Source of the DNA: Candidatus Kuenenia stuttgartensis
GTDB taxonomy: Bacteria; Planctomycetota; Brocadiia; Brocadiales; Brocadiaceae
Assembly (NCBI RefSeq): GCF_900232105.1
Contig: NZ_LT934425.1
Location: 390,001-422,000, forward strand
Direction of reading: 5' to 3'
Length of the DNA: 32,000 nucleotides
The notes under the pieces were generated by a model that was not told where the DNA came from, did no database searches, and worked only from the letters and a program-made list of their open reading frames with translations. Each line of letters opens with the position of its first letter. Position 1 is the stretch's first letter. Of this stretch, positions 16,501 through 24,303 are shown in pieces. A program made the position numbers and the translations under genes.

Positions 16501-17032
16501 TTTAGAGAAATGGGACTTTCAGGGAACGTTGCAGGCACTTTATGATTTGATAACATCTTCAGTCACAATACATTTCACCAATGCAAGCCTTCACCACACG
16601 ATAATTCATCTTATAAAAACAGAAGCTGTTACTATACTTACTGCTTTTTTTCATTCGAAGGCATACAATGAACTAAAGAATGCAAGGATACTTGGACGTG
16701 AAATACCAATACTTCTGCATTGGGAAGGGCAAATAATGAGAGGTACAATTGATATTATTTATGAATTTGAAAATCAAATAATTATCGCCGATTATAAGAC
16801 AGACTACGCTTCATCGATTGAGGATAACCCTGCTCTAACAAACACCTGCCATGAAGAAGATGCATTCAGTAATGCGGAAAAAATAAACATGAATATTTCC
16901 TCTCCAACATACACGCCCAAATACCATCACCAAAAAACCATTTATACGGAAGCGGTAAAACGTTGTCTTAAAATTAACAATCCTCTATTTAAACTCATTT
17001 TCCTGCGAAACGGAACGTCTGTATTCATTTGA
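13526..17032 (+). CDS. UvrD/AddA-type superfamily-1 helicase with C-terminal RecB-family (PD-(D/E)XK) nuclease domain
   Basis: Walker A LTAGAGTGKTT, motif II VDEFQDTDPIQ, GDPKQSIYSFRRA, TIHKSKGLEFPVV, YVAMTRAKERL, and C-terminal nuclease motif RGTIDIIYEFENQIIIADYKTD. The track start at 13436 reads through the repeat motif; ATG 13526 (MYEPIDRKIRELAV...) preferred. Confidence 0.88.
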   Translation: MYEPIDRKIRELAVSEQHKNIVLTAGAGTGKTTILVQRILHLLLAHKSLQSEESPILKIIALTFTEKAASEMKIRLMEELEKIVAAMKGICRPEESSQVNNFISDLQTTYHTTYSEIERRAVQSLADMDKAMICTIHSFAAYILRMFPIESGVAPGFTVDEGSVFEDLFEKEWSDWLELELSLTSKNTVTWKNVLTRTELETIKSFAKRLSDFTIPLDTLTQKTGDPAVLDVLLNSYCDSINALLLKCGKPDNKLLLQLQEFLTIFNELKTQGFHYLSSLHYNFGKTISKAKSGWEEADVLVAQDIVKKCRILLRKLQRVDESFITTALNLVLPFCKTFRQTYLSQGYISFDGLLTLARNLLQNNAYRSIRTSLKKNFSAILVDEFQDTDPIQYDIILFLSEMVNHHSDTIHGIPLEPGKLFIVGDPKQSIYSFRRADIEAYEHVVKQICNNEAPLSLLENFRSHSGIVNAVNDLFGEKIITEQQGLQPKYIPIHAKRIQSDPFQRIEIISVSDTNGEELTAEAAREAEADWIAKWIKNNVFYDNGGDTSADAATSYKLKYKDIALLLRSFTQIRPYVESFKEHDIPFIAEGEKYFYTTQEVIDFMNLLRTIENPYDTIALVGTLRSPFAGLTDNEIYLLKINDLLDYRKTISDNIDIDATIGDFYSFLRKYNVRSRIIPVSHLISEIINDPRFAGITASAWQGEQKLANLKKFYRTACKLEQIQGISLKHFINNMKKYIDEAREEGESPLSDETLDVVKILTIHKSKGLEFPVVILGNLHGEAKKENETLDSVAFDWNTSTTGIVLGKGEQQLRNLQSIILENKINERTWEEEKRVLYVAMTRAKERLILTGALKDNDKSYIGLIMKSLSDAYDISLNNEPETPSGHVRKIVFGNSEIFLENFNYTGARRFVSKTAEKTWDIDWNSFVRIWNDRKQSMFAETEKPLFTSPSALSEEISPVHYETPTHNKHIDSAEIQQEYAAAIGSLCHQILEKWDFQGTLQALYDLITSSVTIHFTNASLHHTIIHLIKTEAVTILTAFFHSKAYNELKNARILGREIPILLHWEGQIMRGTIDIIYEFENQIIIADYKTDYASSIEDNPALTNTCHEEDAFSNAEKINMNISSPTYTPKYHHQKTIYTEAVKRCLKINNPLFKLIFLRNGTSVFI

Positions 17033-17210
17033 CGCTTCAAAAGGACACGAGTTTTGTAACTTCTCAAAAAGTTGTAGTAGTTGCAGTTGGTAGAAGGTAG
17101 AAGGGGAAATTCATTGAGGGACAAGTTTTGCCTCCATTAACTCCGCACTTCAGTGCGAAGATACCGTAAAATACCCCGGCGTTAGTCATGACTTTCAGCT
17201 ATGCCGTAAC

Positions 17211-17243
17211 CCTGACAGGATTTTCAAGCCCTGTCAGGATTAA
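17211..17243. repeat. Solo diverged copy of the family-C central hairpin
   Basis: ccctgacaggattttcaagccctgtcagg compared with ccctgacagggtttcaaaccctgtcaggg in the MITEs. A half-copy (cctgtcagggttgttt) lies at 7425-7440. Confidence 0.6.
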
Positions 17244-17294
17244 AACCGGCAATTACTTATTCATTAAAACGCATTTGGTTAACGTTGCTTTCGT

Positions 17295-17330
17295 GCTCGC
17301 ACCCAAACTCCTGTTTGGGAACGTAATTGC
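17295..17330. repeat. Family B repeat, diverged copy
   Basis: gctcgcacccaaactcctgtttgggaacgtaattgc aligns with gctcgttcccaagctccggcttgggaacgtaattgc at 1717-1752. Confidence 0.65.
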
Positions 17331-17437
17331 ACTGGAAACTACATTCGTGGGTTCAGGCTTCGTCTGGAATTCAGGCAAACGGTTGCAAACCTGAACCCAC
17401 CGGGAGTCGTGTAATGTTTACGCCGAATAGTAACTAT

Positions 17438-17809
17438 TTATTTCTTCTTTTTTGCACTTGGTTTTGCAGTTGCCTTTGATTGTGTTTTCGGTTTTGCTTT
17501 TGGTTGTTGTTGTGATTTTGCTTGTGGTTTTGTTTTTACAGCTTTTTTTGTAACGGTTGTTCCTGTTTTTTTCTTTTCTTTTGCTAATGGCGCAGGATTA
17601 CAGAGTTGGTCCCGTTTGGAAGCAATGCGACCGCAGGAATTACATACATATTTAAGTGTCACAAGCTTAGGCGCACACACATGGCGCGGGTCGCTGGTTA
17701 ACGCACCGCAATAATAACATGCTATCGCCCTTTGCATCTCGATAGGTTTACATAAATGCCCTTTGTTCGTTGTCGTCATACCACACGTTTCACACGTATA
17801 AACAGCCAT
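17438..17809 (-). CDS. Small protein with three periodic Cys modules and a lysine-rich C-terminal tail; function unknown
   Basis: Strong SD (GGAGGAG, 6 nt before the ATG) overlapping the stop codon of the upstream gene. Three C-x2-C-G-x9-C-x-P modules with an exact 25-residue period (Cys 6/9/20, 31/34/45, 56/59/70). Residues 73-123 are rich in K, P, A, T and Q. Confidence 0.8.
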   Translation of the reverse strand: MAVYTCETCGMTTTNKGHLCKPIEMQRAIACYYCGALTSDPRHVCAPKLVTLKYVCNSCGRIASKRDQLCNPAPLAKEKKKTGTTVTKKAVKTKPQAKSQQQPKAKPKTQSKATAKPSAKKKK

Positions 17810-17819
17810 AATTCTCCTC

Positions 17820-19337
17820 CTATATCTGACCTTTTTTCGATCTATAATAAGTTAAAAGATATTGATAAACTTCATCCTCTGTCGCAAATACTTTTTTCAA
17901 ATAAGAAACAGCCTCTTCAATATTTCCCTTCTCTAAAAATATTAAACCAATATTTCCATAAGCAGCAGTGAGATTCTCATCAAACAGAATAGCTTTTTTA
18001 TATTCTTTTATCGCTTCATCATACTCTCCTTTCCGGTAGTAAACAGTCCCTATATTATTTCGCAAAACGGCATTTTCAAGGTCTTCCGCAATCAACGCCT
18101 TATACTCATTTATTGCTTCTTTGTAGTTGCCGTTGTTTTTATATGCCAAAGCAAGCGCAGTATGTATTTGTTTATTTGATGGATATTCATTCATTGCATC
18201 TCTATATGTCAAAATTGCCTTGTCATATTCCGTTACACCCATAAACCTATTGCCCCGCATTAACAGGCGTGTTTCATGCGGTGTTATCGTCCCCCAACAC
18301 CATACAAACGTTAACAATAGCATCAAACTCAATACCAGAAAACTTCTATTTTGCGGAGTAAATTCTGTTATTGTTATACGCTTCTTCTCAACTATTTTTA
18401 CTATCATCACGGCAAAACATAATCCCCATACAGCGCCAAGCAACGTTTGGAAACTACCAAGATACTTTTGTGTATAAAATGCCGTGATTATTCCGCAAAA
18501 GACAAGAAACAACTCAACGTATATACTATAATTGCCCGATTCAGGAATCAACCATCTGAACTTACGGGTCAAAGACAAGGCGCTCATGCCGGATTTGTAA
18601 CCTAATGTCCCGTTTTTACATGCATCCTTACACGAAAGGCAGCGTATACAATTTGCATTGACAACCGCGCTATGCTTGGCAATCTCTTCGTGTACCGTTA
18701 TTCCCATAATACAATTTCTCGTGCAATTCATACATCCGGTACATTCCCTGATTTTCCTTATCCGCCAAAAACTAATATTCTCAAATAGTGCAAGCAGAGG
18801 AGCCCATGGGCACACGTATCTGCAGAATGCCCTTGATCCCATAAGATAAATGAAGAGAAAGGCGTCAAATAAGAGAAAGGATGCAATAATAGCAGGGCTT
18901 CGGGGGAGGTCTGACGTCATAACCTGCGTATCACTGATATTAATATGAAACTGAGGAATGCCATAAATATACCAGAATTCAAAAATGGCAGTTATCGTTT
19001 TCAGGAGAAATACATACTGTATGATATTTGCTCTGGAATGAATAATTGAGGGATTTATTCCACACTTATTAAGCACCCGTAAAGCAAATTCCTGGAAAAA
19101 AGCAAAGTGGCATCCCCATCCACAGAATACCCTTCCAAAAAACACTGTTATTAATACAATAATAATAAAAAAAGCGGCGGCGGAATTCAGCAGGCCAAAA
19201 CCTAAAAGGGTGACAATACCATTCATGCTAAAGGTTCCTACCTTCTGAAATCCATATTTATACCACAGCAGAATATGGACTATTATGAATACATTTATTG
19301 AAAATAGTACAATTAACCTTTTTTTATTGATATTCAT
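17820..19337 (-). CDS. NapH/NosR-like membrane 4Fe-4S (polyferredoxin) protein fused to C-terminal TPR repeats
   Basis: Multiple TM helices. Membrane-proximal motifs FCGWGCHF and FCRYVCPW. Two ferredoxin motifs CTGCMNCTRNC and CIRCLSCKDAC. More TM helices follow, then about four TPR-like repeats (e.g. YKNNGNYKEAINEYKALI, YYRKGEYDEAIKEYKKAI). Confidence 0.8.
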   Translation of the reverse strand: MNINKKRLIVLFSINVFIIVHILLWYKYGFQKVGTFSMNGIVTLLGFGLLNSAAAFFIIIVLITVFFGRVFCGWGCHFAFFQEFALRVLNKCGINPSIIHSRANIIQYVFLLKTITAIFEFWYIYGIPQFHINISDTQVMTSDLPRSPAIIASFLLFDAFLFIYLMGSRAFCRYVCPWAPLLALFENISFWRIRKIRECTGCMNCTRNCIMGITVHEEIAKHSAVVNANCIRCLSCKDACKNGTLGYKSGMSALSLTRKFRWLIPESGNYSIYVELFLVFCGIITAFYTQKYLGSFQTLLGAVWGLCFAVMIVKIVEKKRITITEFTPQNRSFLVLSLMLLLTFVWCWGTITPHETRLLMRGNRFMGVTEYDKAILTYRDAMNEYPSNKQIHTALALAYKNNGNYKEAINEYKALIAEDLENAVLRNNIGTVYYRKGEYDEAIKEYKKAILFDENLTAAYGNIGLIFLEKGNIEEAVSYLKKVFATEDEVYQYLLTYYRSKKGQI

Positions 19338-19508
19338 AACATGATAAAATCAACCAAACGAATAATATCTTTTGAAGATTACTATTTTTAGGCGTGAGGG
19401 TAGAGGCTTGCCGTATGACGAAGATTTGAAACATTCGGGGGAGGCAACTGTAAAGAGGCCTTTTGAACTTTATCATCAAAGACCTCTTTATTGGTTAACT
19501 TCATAATA

Positions 19509-19581
19509 TACCCCCAAGGGGATTTGAACCCCTGTCTCCAGGCTGAGAACCTGGCATCCTGGGCCTCTAGACGATGGGGGC
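19509..19581 (-). tRNA. tRNA-Glu (anticodon CUC)
   Basis: Minus-strand sequence gcccccatcgtctagaggcccaggatgccaggttctcagcctggagacaggggttcaaatccccttgggggta folds as a cloverleaf. Anticodon stem ccagg/cctgg with loop ttCTCag; T-arm agggg-ttcaaat-cccct. Closely resembles canonical bacterial tRNA-Glu. CCA is not encoded. Confidence 0.9.
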
Positions 19582-19637
19582 GCTTCAGGTCAAAATATCA
19601 TTGTCAAAATAATATGTCGGAAAACGAATAGCTTACA

Positions 19638-19666
19638 AACTTACAACATTTATTTTCTTATGTCAA
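19638..19666 (-). promoter_or_regulatory. Putative sigma-70-type promoter for tRNA-Glu
   Basis: On the minus strand: TTGACA (19666-19661), 17-nt spacer, TAAGTT (19643-19638), about 50 nt upstream of the tRNA 5' end. Confidence 0.35.
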
Positions 19667-19704
19667 CAAAATTCATCCTGTTGCCTGAAATTCCTTTCTC
19701 TGAT

Positions 19705-20481
19705 TCAAAAAGAAACCCTTCTCCCCGATTTTGTGATTGCAGTTTTTCCAAAATCGGGCATCTTTCCTAATGCCTCTGCGTTAAAAACCGGTCCGTCAAT
19801 ACATATTCGCTGCCCACTACAGTCGCATTGGCCGCAAATGCCAAACCCACATTTAATATATCTTTCAATTGATACTTCACAATCAATATGGCGTTCATTG
19901 CATAATTCGAATATTTTGTACAACATTTTTTCAGGACCGCATGCATATATCTTTTTATAATTATGTTGCCCTGTTAATTCTCTCAACAAATCAACCGTTG
20001 TTCCTCTGTAACCAAAAGAACCATCATCTGTACATAATTTCATCTCTCTGAAGCGATGTTGAAAAAGCAATTCCGGCATAGTCCTTGCCCCCTGAATGAT
20101 TGTCGTATTTTTCTGCATATCCGCTAAACACGCAATAGAAGCCATTCCAATACCACCGCCTACAATACACGTAGCCGCATTGTTTTCAGGCAAGCCATAT
20201 CCCATGCCATACGGCCCCCTGATACCTATTTGATCTCCCTTTTTCTTTGTATGCAAGGTTTTTGTAAATTCACCTCTTTTTAATACAGTTATCCCGGCAA
20301 CATTTCCATCAATATAGGAAATAGTAAATGGTTTCTCGTCATTTAGCGGAACCCAAACCATAATAAACTGCCCCGGCTCATACTGTCCGGCATACTCAAA
20401 GAAAAACGTTTTTACGTTTGGAGTCTCATCTATGATATCGTATATTTTTACCATTTTTGGCTGTTCAATCATGGGCAACAC
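19705..20481 (-). CDS. pyrK: Dihydroorotate dehydrogenase (class 1B) electron-transfer subunit, FAD/2Fe-2S
   Basis: Ferredoxin-reductase-like fold (PGQFIMV, RGPYG, GGGIG) and the C-terminal 2Fe-2S motif CGFGICGQCDCSGQRIC. It overlaps the pyrD stop by 17 nt. Confidence 0.9.
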   Translation of the reverse strand: MLPMIEQPKMVKIYDIIDETPNVKTFFFEYAGQYEPGQFIMVWVPLNDEKPFTISYIDGNVAGITVLKRGEFTKTLHTKKKGDQIGIRGPYGMGYGLPENNAATCIVGGGIGMASIACLADMQKNTTIIQGARTMPELLFQHRFREMKLCTDDGSFGYRGTTVDLLRELTGQHNYKKIYACGPEKMLYKIFELCNERHIDCEVSIERYIKCGFGICGQCDCSGQRICIDGPVFNAEALGKMPDFGKTAITKSGRRVSF

Positions 20482-21385
20482 CTACAAGCTCATTAATAGT
20501 GTTATACCCGTTTTCAATCATCCACTGCTTCATTTCAGCGCACACCTTGCTGAAAACATTAATTCCTCTTGTGTAAACGCCGGTTCCAATGCCAACAGCC
20601 GAAGCCCCTGCCATCATCATCTCTATCGCGTGCCTTCCTGTGGATATGCCCCCTACTCCGATAATTGGAATTTTCACCGCCTGGTAAACGTCATACACAC
20701 AACGTACGGCAATCGGCCGCAAGGCGTCCCCGGTGACGCCCCCGACCTTAAACCCTAACACAGGTTTCTTTGATTCAATATTAATTACCATTCCAGGACC
20801 CATTGAATTCACGGCGGTAATGCCGTTTGCCCCTGCATCCTCTGCTGCTTTTGCAATTGAGGTGATTTCAGGCACGTTTGGTGATATTTTCACAAATATA
20901 GGCACATTTGTTTTTCGTCTCACCGCATAGGTTATTTCGTAGGTAGCCTTTGGAGTTCCCTGTCCGGACAGAAGGCCAAAACCAGGAGTATGAGGACAAG
21001 AAAGCGGTATTTCGATAGCGGAAAACCCGGATGCTGACAGCCCCTCTGCAACCTCAATGAAATCATCCGTACAGGTTCCAATAATACTGGCAATTACAGG
21101 AACGCCTATTTCATTAAGGTTCGAATATTCGATACGTGCGGCCTCAACACCAGGGTTCGAATATCCTACGGCATTTAACATTCCCGCCTCGTAGGTAATA
21201 ACCGTCGGATTATGATGGCCTTCCCTTGAATCCTTACTTACGGATTTAATCGTTACCGCACCGGCTCCACTTTCTGCCACTCGTTTTAATAATGTCTTTG
21301 TGGTTCCCAGTATTCCCGAAGCCAGCACCGTTGGATTCGACAATCGCATACTACACAAATTTATTGATAATGTTACCTCTGTCAT
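20465..21385 (-). CDS. pyrD: Dihydroorotate dehydrogenase catalytic subunit (class 1B)
   Basis: LSNPTVLASG, MLNAVGYSNPG, IEIPLSCPHT (active-site Cys), GGVTGDALRPIA and IIGVGGI blocks. The partner gene pyrK is adjacent. Confidence 0.9.
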   Translation of the reverse strand: MTEVTLSINLCSMRLSNPTVLASGILGTTKTLLKRVAESGAGAVTIKSVSKDSREGHHNPTVITYEAGMLNAVGYSNPGVEAARIEYSNLNEIGVPVIASIIGTCTDDFIEVAEGLSASGFSAIEIPLSCPHTPGFGLLSGQGTPKATYEITYAVRRKTNVPIFVKISPNVPEITSIAKAAEDAGANGITAVNSMGPGMVINIESKKPVLGFKVGGVTGDALRPIAVRCVYDVYQAVKIPIIGVGGISTGRHAIEMMMAGASAVGIGTGVYTRGINVFSKVCAEMKQWMIENGYNTINELVGVAHD

Positions 21386-21386
21386 T

Positions 21387-22127
21387 TTACCAGTCGCCTT
21401 TTAAGGTTGCGATGAATTCTCTTAACTTGCATACCCGCATCTCAACTTCTGCATAATACCCCATGCCAAAAATGCCTGACAAACCATTATGAGCAACAAT
21501 AATATCAAGGTTTCTTTCCAGAAAATCAGGCAGACCATTAGGGTCATACCCTGCATTACAGGCATAGAACACCCCTTTTGTATCCGCCTCTGCCTCAAAC
21601 TCCCTGAGATGGTTTTCCAACGATAACGCTGCAACCTCATCCCAATTAGCATTATTTTGCTGTGAGAAAACATTCTTAAGTTCCCGGTAAAATTTTGATG
21701 CATGCCTCAGTGATAAATGTGCAATTTCATGACCTATAATACAAGCCAACTCATTTTCATTTTTCGTTAATTGTAACAAGCCTTTTGTAATATAGATATG
21801 CCCGCAGGAAGAAGAGAAAGCATTGATAGAATAGGATTGAATTATACTGCAAATGTACGGAAGGGTTTTTCTCTCTGAAACTGCAACGATTGATTGTGTA
21901 ATATCATTTATTTTTTTATTCAGTTCTGCATCTGTATCAAAATGACATCCACGGCTTAAATATTCATCAACTTTCCTGCCAAGCTCTATCTCTTCTTCTT
22001 CGCTCAATCCAGTATTATCACCGTTCAGTTGCCATTCGTCATTCGCAAAACAGCATACACCGGAGAAGAAAATAGCATCTGCTACCAAAAGAATAAAAAT
22101 GGCAAAAAAGATTCTTTTCCATTCCAT
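21387..22127 (-). CDS. M48-family zinc metallopeptidase, exported
   Basis: N-terminal hydrophobic signal or anchor (IFFAIFILLVADAIFF). Zinc motif IIGHEIAHLSLRH (HExxH) with downstream EFEAEAD. The stop is separated from the pyrD start by 1 nt. Confidence 0.75.
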   Translation of the reverse strand: MEWKRIFFAIFILLVADAIFFSGVCCFANDEWQLNGDNTGLSEEEEIELGRKVDEYLSRGCHFDTDAELNKKINDITQSIVAVSERKTLPYICSIIQSYSINAFSSSCGHIYITKGLLQLTKNENELACIIGHEIAHLSLRHASKFYRELKNVFSQQNNANWDEVAALSLENHLREFEAEADTKGVFYACNAGYDPNGLPDFLERNLDIIVAHNGLSGIFGMGYYAEVEMRVCKLREFIATLKGDW

Positions 22128-22258
22128 CGTATCATCTTACCGTAACTATTGTATGAGATTATCTGCGGGTGCGGGCTTGAAACTTAAACCTCATATTTTA
22201 TGCTGTTTACCTCGCCCAAATGATTGTATTCCGGCATGATTGTTAATTATATCATTTA

Positions 22259-23023
22259 TCATTTCAACAATTCCAAAAACTTTTTATTAAAAGAATCGTT
22301 AAATAGTTTGTTCTGCATTTCACGTGCAACCTCATACCAATCATCTATTAACATATCTTTTACTGTGCCTCTCAGTGTACATTGGAAACTTATTACCTGT
22401 TTATTTTCTTTTGTTGTAGCGGTATTTATCGAGACTATGGCATATCCGCCTATTTTTTCTACAGGCAGTGTGTATTTACTAAAAATATTATTAGGAGAAT
22501 ATATCCTGCCATTGTCGTTTATTGCTGGCAATATGATTTTCATAATCTTGTTTATCTCAGAAAGGTCATCAATATGTTCCTGCCAAAATATTCTATCCTG
22601 GTATGTTAATTCGCAAAACTTAACAGGAAATTCTGAATGCAGGTTATTTTGGATAAACGCTGCCAATTGTGCATATCTCTTGTAAATACTGGTAAAGCCG
22701 GGATAATCCTTCTCTCTTTCTTCATCTTTTTTAATCCAATTGAAGAATATTTTGTTAAATTGCAATTGTACCAGCCAATTTGTATCAATGGTGCTAAGCC
22801 GGTACAATACCGGCCCGGTATAATTATAATCAATTTTAGGCTCTAAACTGTAATCAACCATTTCAAGATCTTCCAATGGATTCCCATATCGAATTAGCGG
22901 ATAATCATTTTTAAAAGCATTGATTATTTCATATATTAACCCGTTTTTCCCTAAAACGGGTTGTTTGAGAGTAATCCCCATAATTACTTCAGACAAAGGC
23001 GCCTTTGAATACGTATTATCCAT
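22259..23023 (-). CDS. Hypothetical protein (possibly TIGR04255-like)
   Basis: 254-aa ORF with no recognisable catalytic motif. The N-terminus YSKAPLSEVIMGITLK and the length recall, from memory only, the uncharacterised TIGR04255 family. The RBS is weak. Confidence 0.55.
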   Translation of the reverse strand: MDNTYSKAPLSEVIMGITLKQPVLGKNGLIYEIINAFKNDYPLIRYGNPLEDLEMVDYSLEPKIDYNYTGPVLYRLSTIDTNWLVQLQFNKIFFNWIKKDEEREKDYPGFTSIYKRYAQLAAFIQNNLHSEFPVKFCELTYQDRIFWQEHIDDLSEINKIMKIILPAINDNGRIYSPNNIFSKYTLPVEKIGGYAIVSINTATTKENKQVISFQCTLRGTVKDMLIDDWYEVAREMQNKLFNDSFNKKFLELLK

Positions 23024-23205
23024 ATTTCACCATTTCTTAAAAACAAAAATTCAATACTAAAGTGTTACGTTTGTTTTTGTTATTCAGGATCACGACATGT
23101 GCAAAACCCGTCCCCTGCTATCACACATTTAAAACAGCAAGTGAATATCATTTAATCGGGAATTATACAATTGTTCAGGTTAAACTACGATGGTATTTTG
23201 TGAAA

Positions 23206-23279
23206 TGGAGCGGGCGATGGGAATCGAACCCACATATCTAGCTTGGGAAGCTAGTATTCTACCACTGAATTACGCCCGC
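23206..23279 (-). tRNA. tRNA-Gly (anticodon CCC), CCA encoded
   Basis: Minus-strand gcgggcgtaattcagtggtagaatactagcttcccaagctagatatgtgggttcgattcccatcgcccgctcca. Acceptor gcgggcg/cgcccgc; anticodon stem ctagc/gctag with loop ttCCCaa; T-loop ggttcgattcc. Confidence 0.92.
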
Positions 23280-23280
23280 C

Positions 23281-24303
23281 TTAAAACCCTATGATATGTA
23301 ATCTTGATTCGTTTAAATTTGGTTTTTGACTACTGTTTATTATCGTTGAAGCGTCACAAAGACTCCCCTGATACGCACCTCTTTTTTCCAACTCCTGTGT
23401 AATCATTGTTGTGATGCTCGACTTACCGGCTTTCCACACGGGAGATATAAGGAAGTTGCCATGAGTATCACCTACTAATCTTTGTATCGTAACATCCGGA
23501 GGTATACGTTCCAGAAAATCTGCAGCCAGCCGCACATATTCATGAATATCCAGGGTTGTCACATTCCCTTTAAAATATTCTTCAGCCAATGCGGTATTCT
23601 TTGCCACATACAGATGATGCAATTTGATCCCCTGTATACCCATCTCCGCAACCGCATCCGCGGTCTTCATCATATCATCGTCAGTCTCGAAGGGGAGTCC
23701 CAAGATAACATGAACGCATATATTTATGCAAGTTTTTTTTGTAAGGTTTATTGCTTCAACAAAAGATTTATAATCGTGCCCTCTGTTAATGCGCTTCAAA
23801 GTTTCTTCATGTATGGATTGAAGCCCGTATTCAATCCATACATGATATTTTTCCGTGTAGCTATTGATAAGATTTAAAATGTCCTCATTAACGCAATCAG
23901 GCCTGGTACCAATGGAAAGGCCAACTACATCACTGTCTGACAATGCCTCTTCATAGCATGCTTTTAGTGTATGAAAATCAGCATACGTGTTGGTAAACGA
24001 TTGAAAGTAGGCGATAAATTTTTCAGCGCCATACCTTTGTTTTTGAAACGATTTCCCTTTTCTAATCTGTTCCGTTATCGATAAAGAAGGTTTCCTTACA
24101 TTTGGACTAAAACTTTCATTCGCGCAATACGTACATCCGCCCACTCCGGACCGCCCATCCCGATTTGGGCAGGTAAAACCCGCATGAAGCGCTATTTTAT
24201 GCACTTTGAAAGGAAACTGTTGTTTTAGATATTCGCCAAAAGAGAAAAATCGATATTTATACGAATAATCCGTTTGAGTCTTTAAAACAGACATTTTATT
24301 CAT
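23281..24303 (-). CDS. Radical SAM protein, TIGR01212 (YhcC-like) family
   Basis: Characteristic N-terminal motif HAGFTCPNRDGRSGVGGCTYC, then GTRPDC, EYGLQS and GLP blocks. About 340 aa. Confidence 0.85.
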   Translation of the reverse strand: MNKMSVLKTQTDYSYKYRFFSFGEYLKQQFPFKVHKIALHAGFTCPNRDGRSGVGGCTYCANESFSPNVRKPSLSITEQIRKGKSFQKQRYGAEKFIAYFQSFTNTYADFHTLKACYEEALSDSDVVGLSIGTRPDCVNEDILNLINSYTEKYHVWIEYGLQSIHEETLKRINRGHDYKSFVEAINLTKKTCINICVHVILGLPFETDDDMMKTADAVAEMGIQGIKLHHLYVAKNTALAEEYFKGNVTTLDIHEYVRLAADFLERIPPDVTIQRLVGDTHGNFLISPVWKAGKSSITTMITQELEKRGAYQGSLCDASTIINSSQKPNLNESRLHIIGF

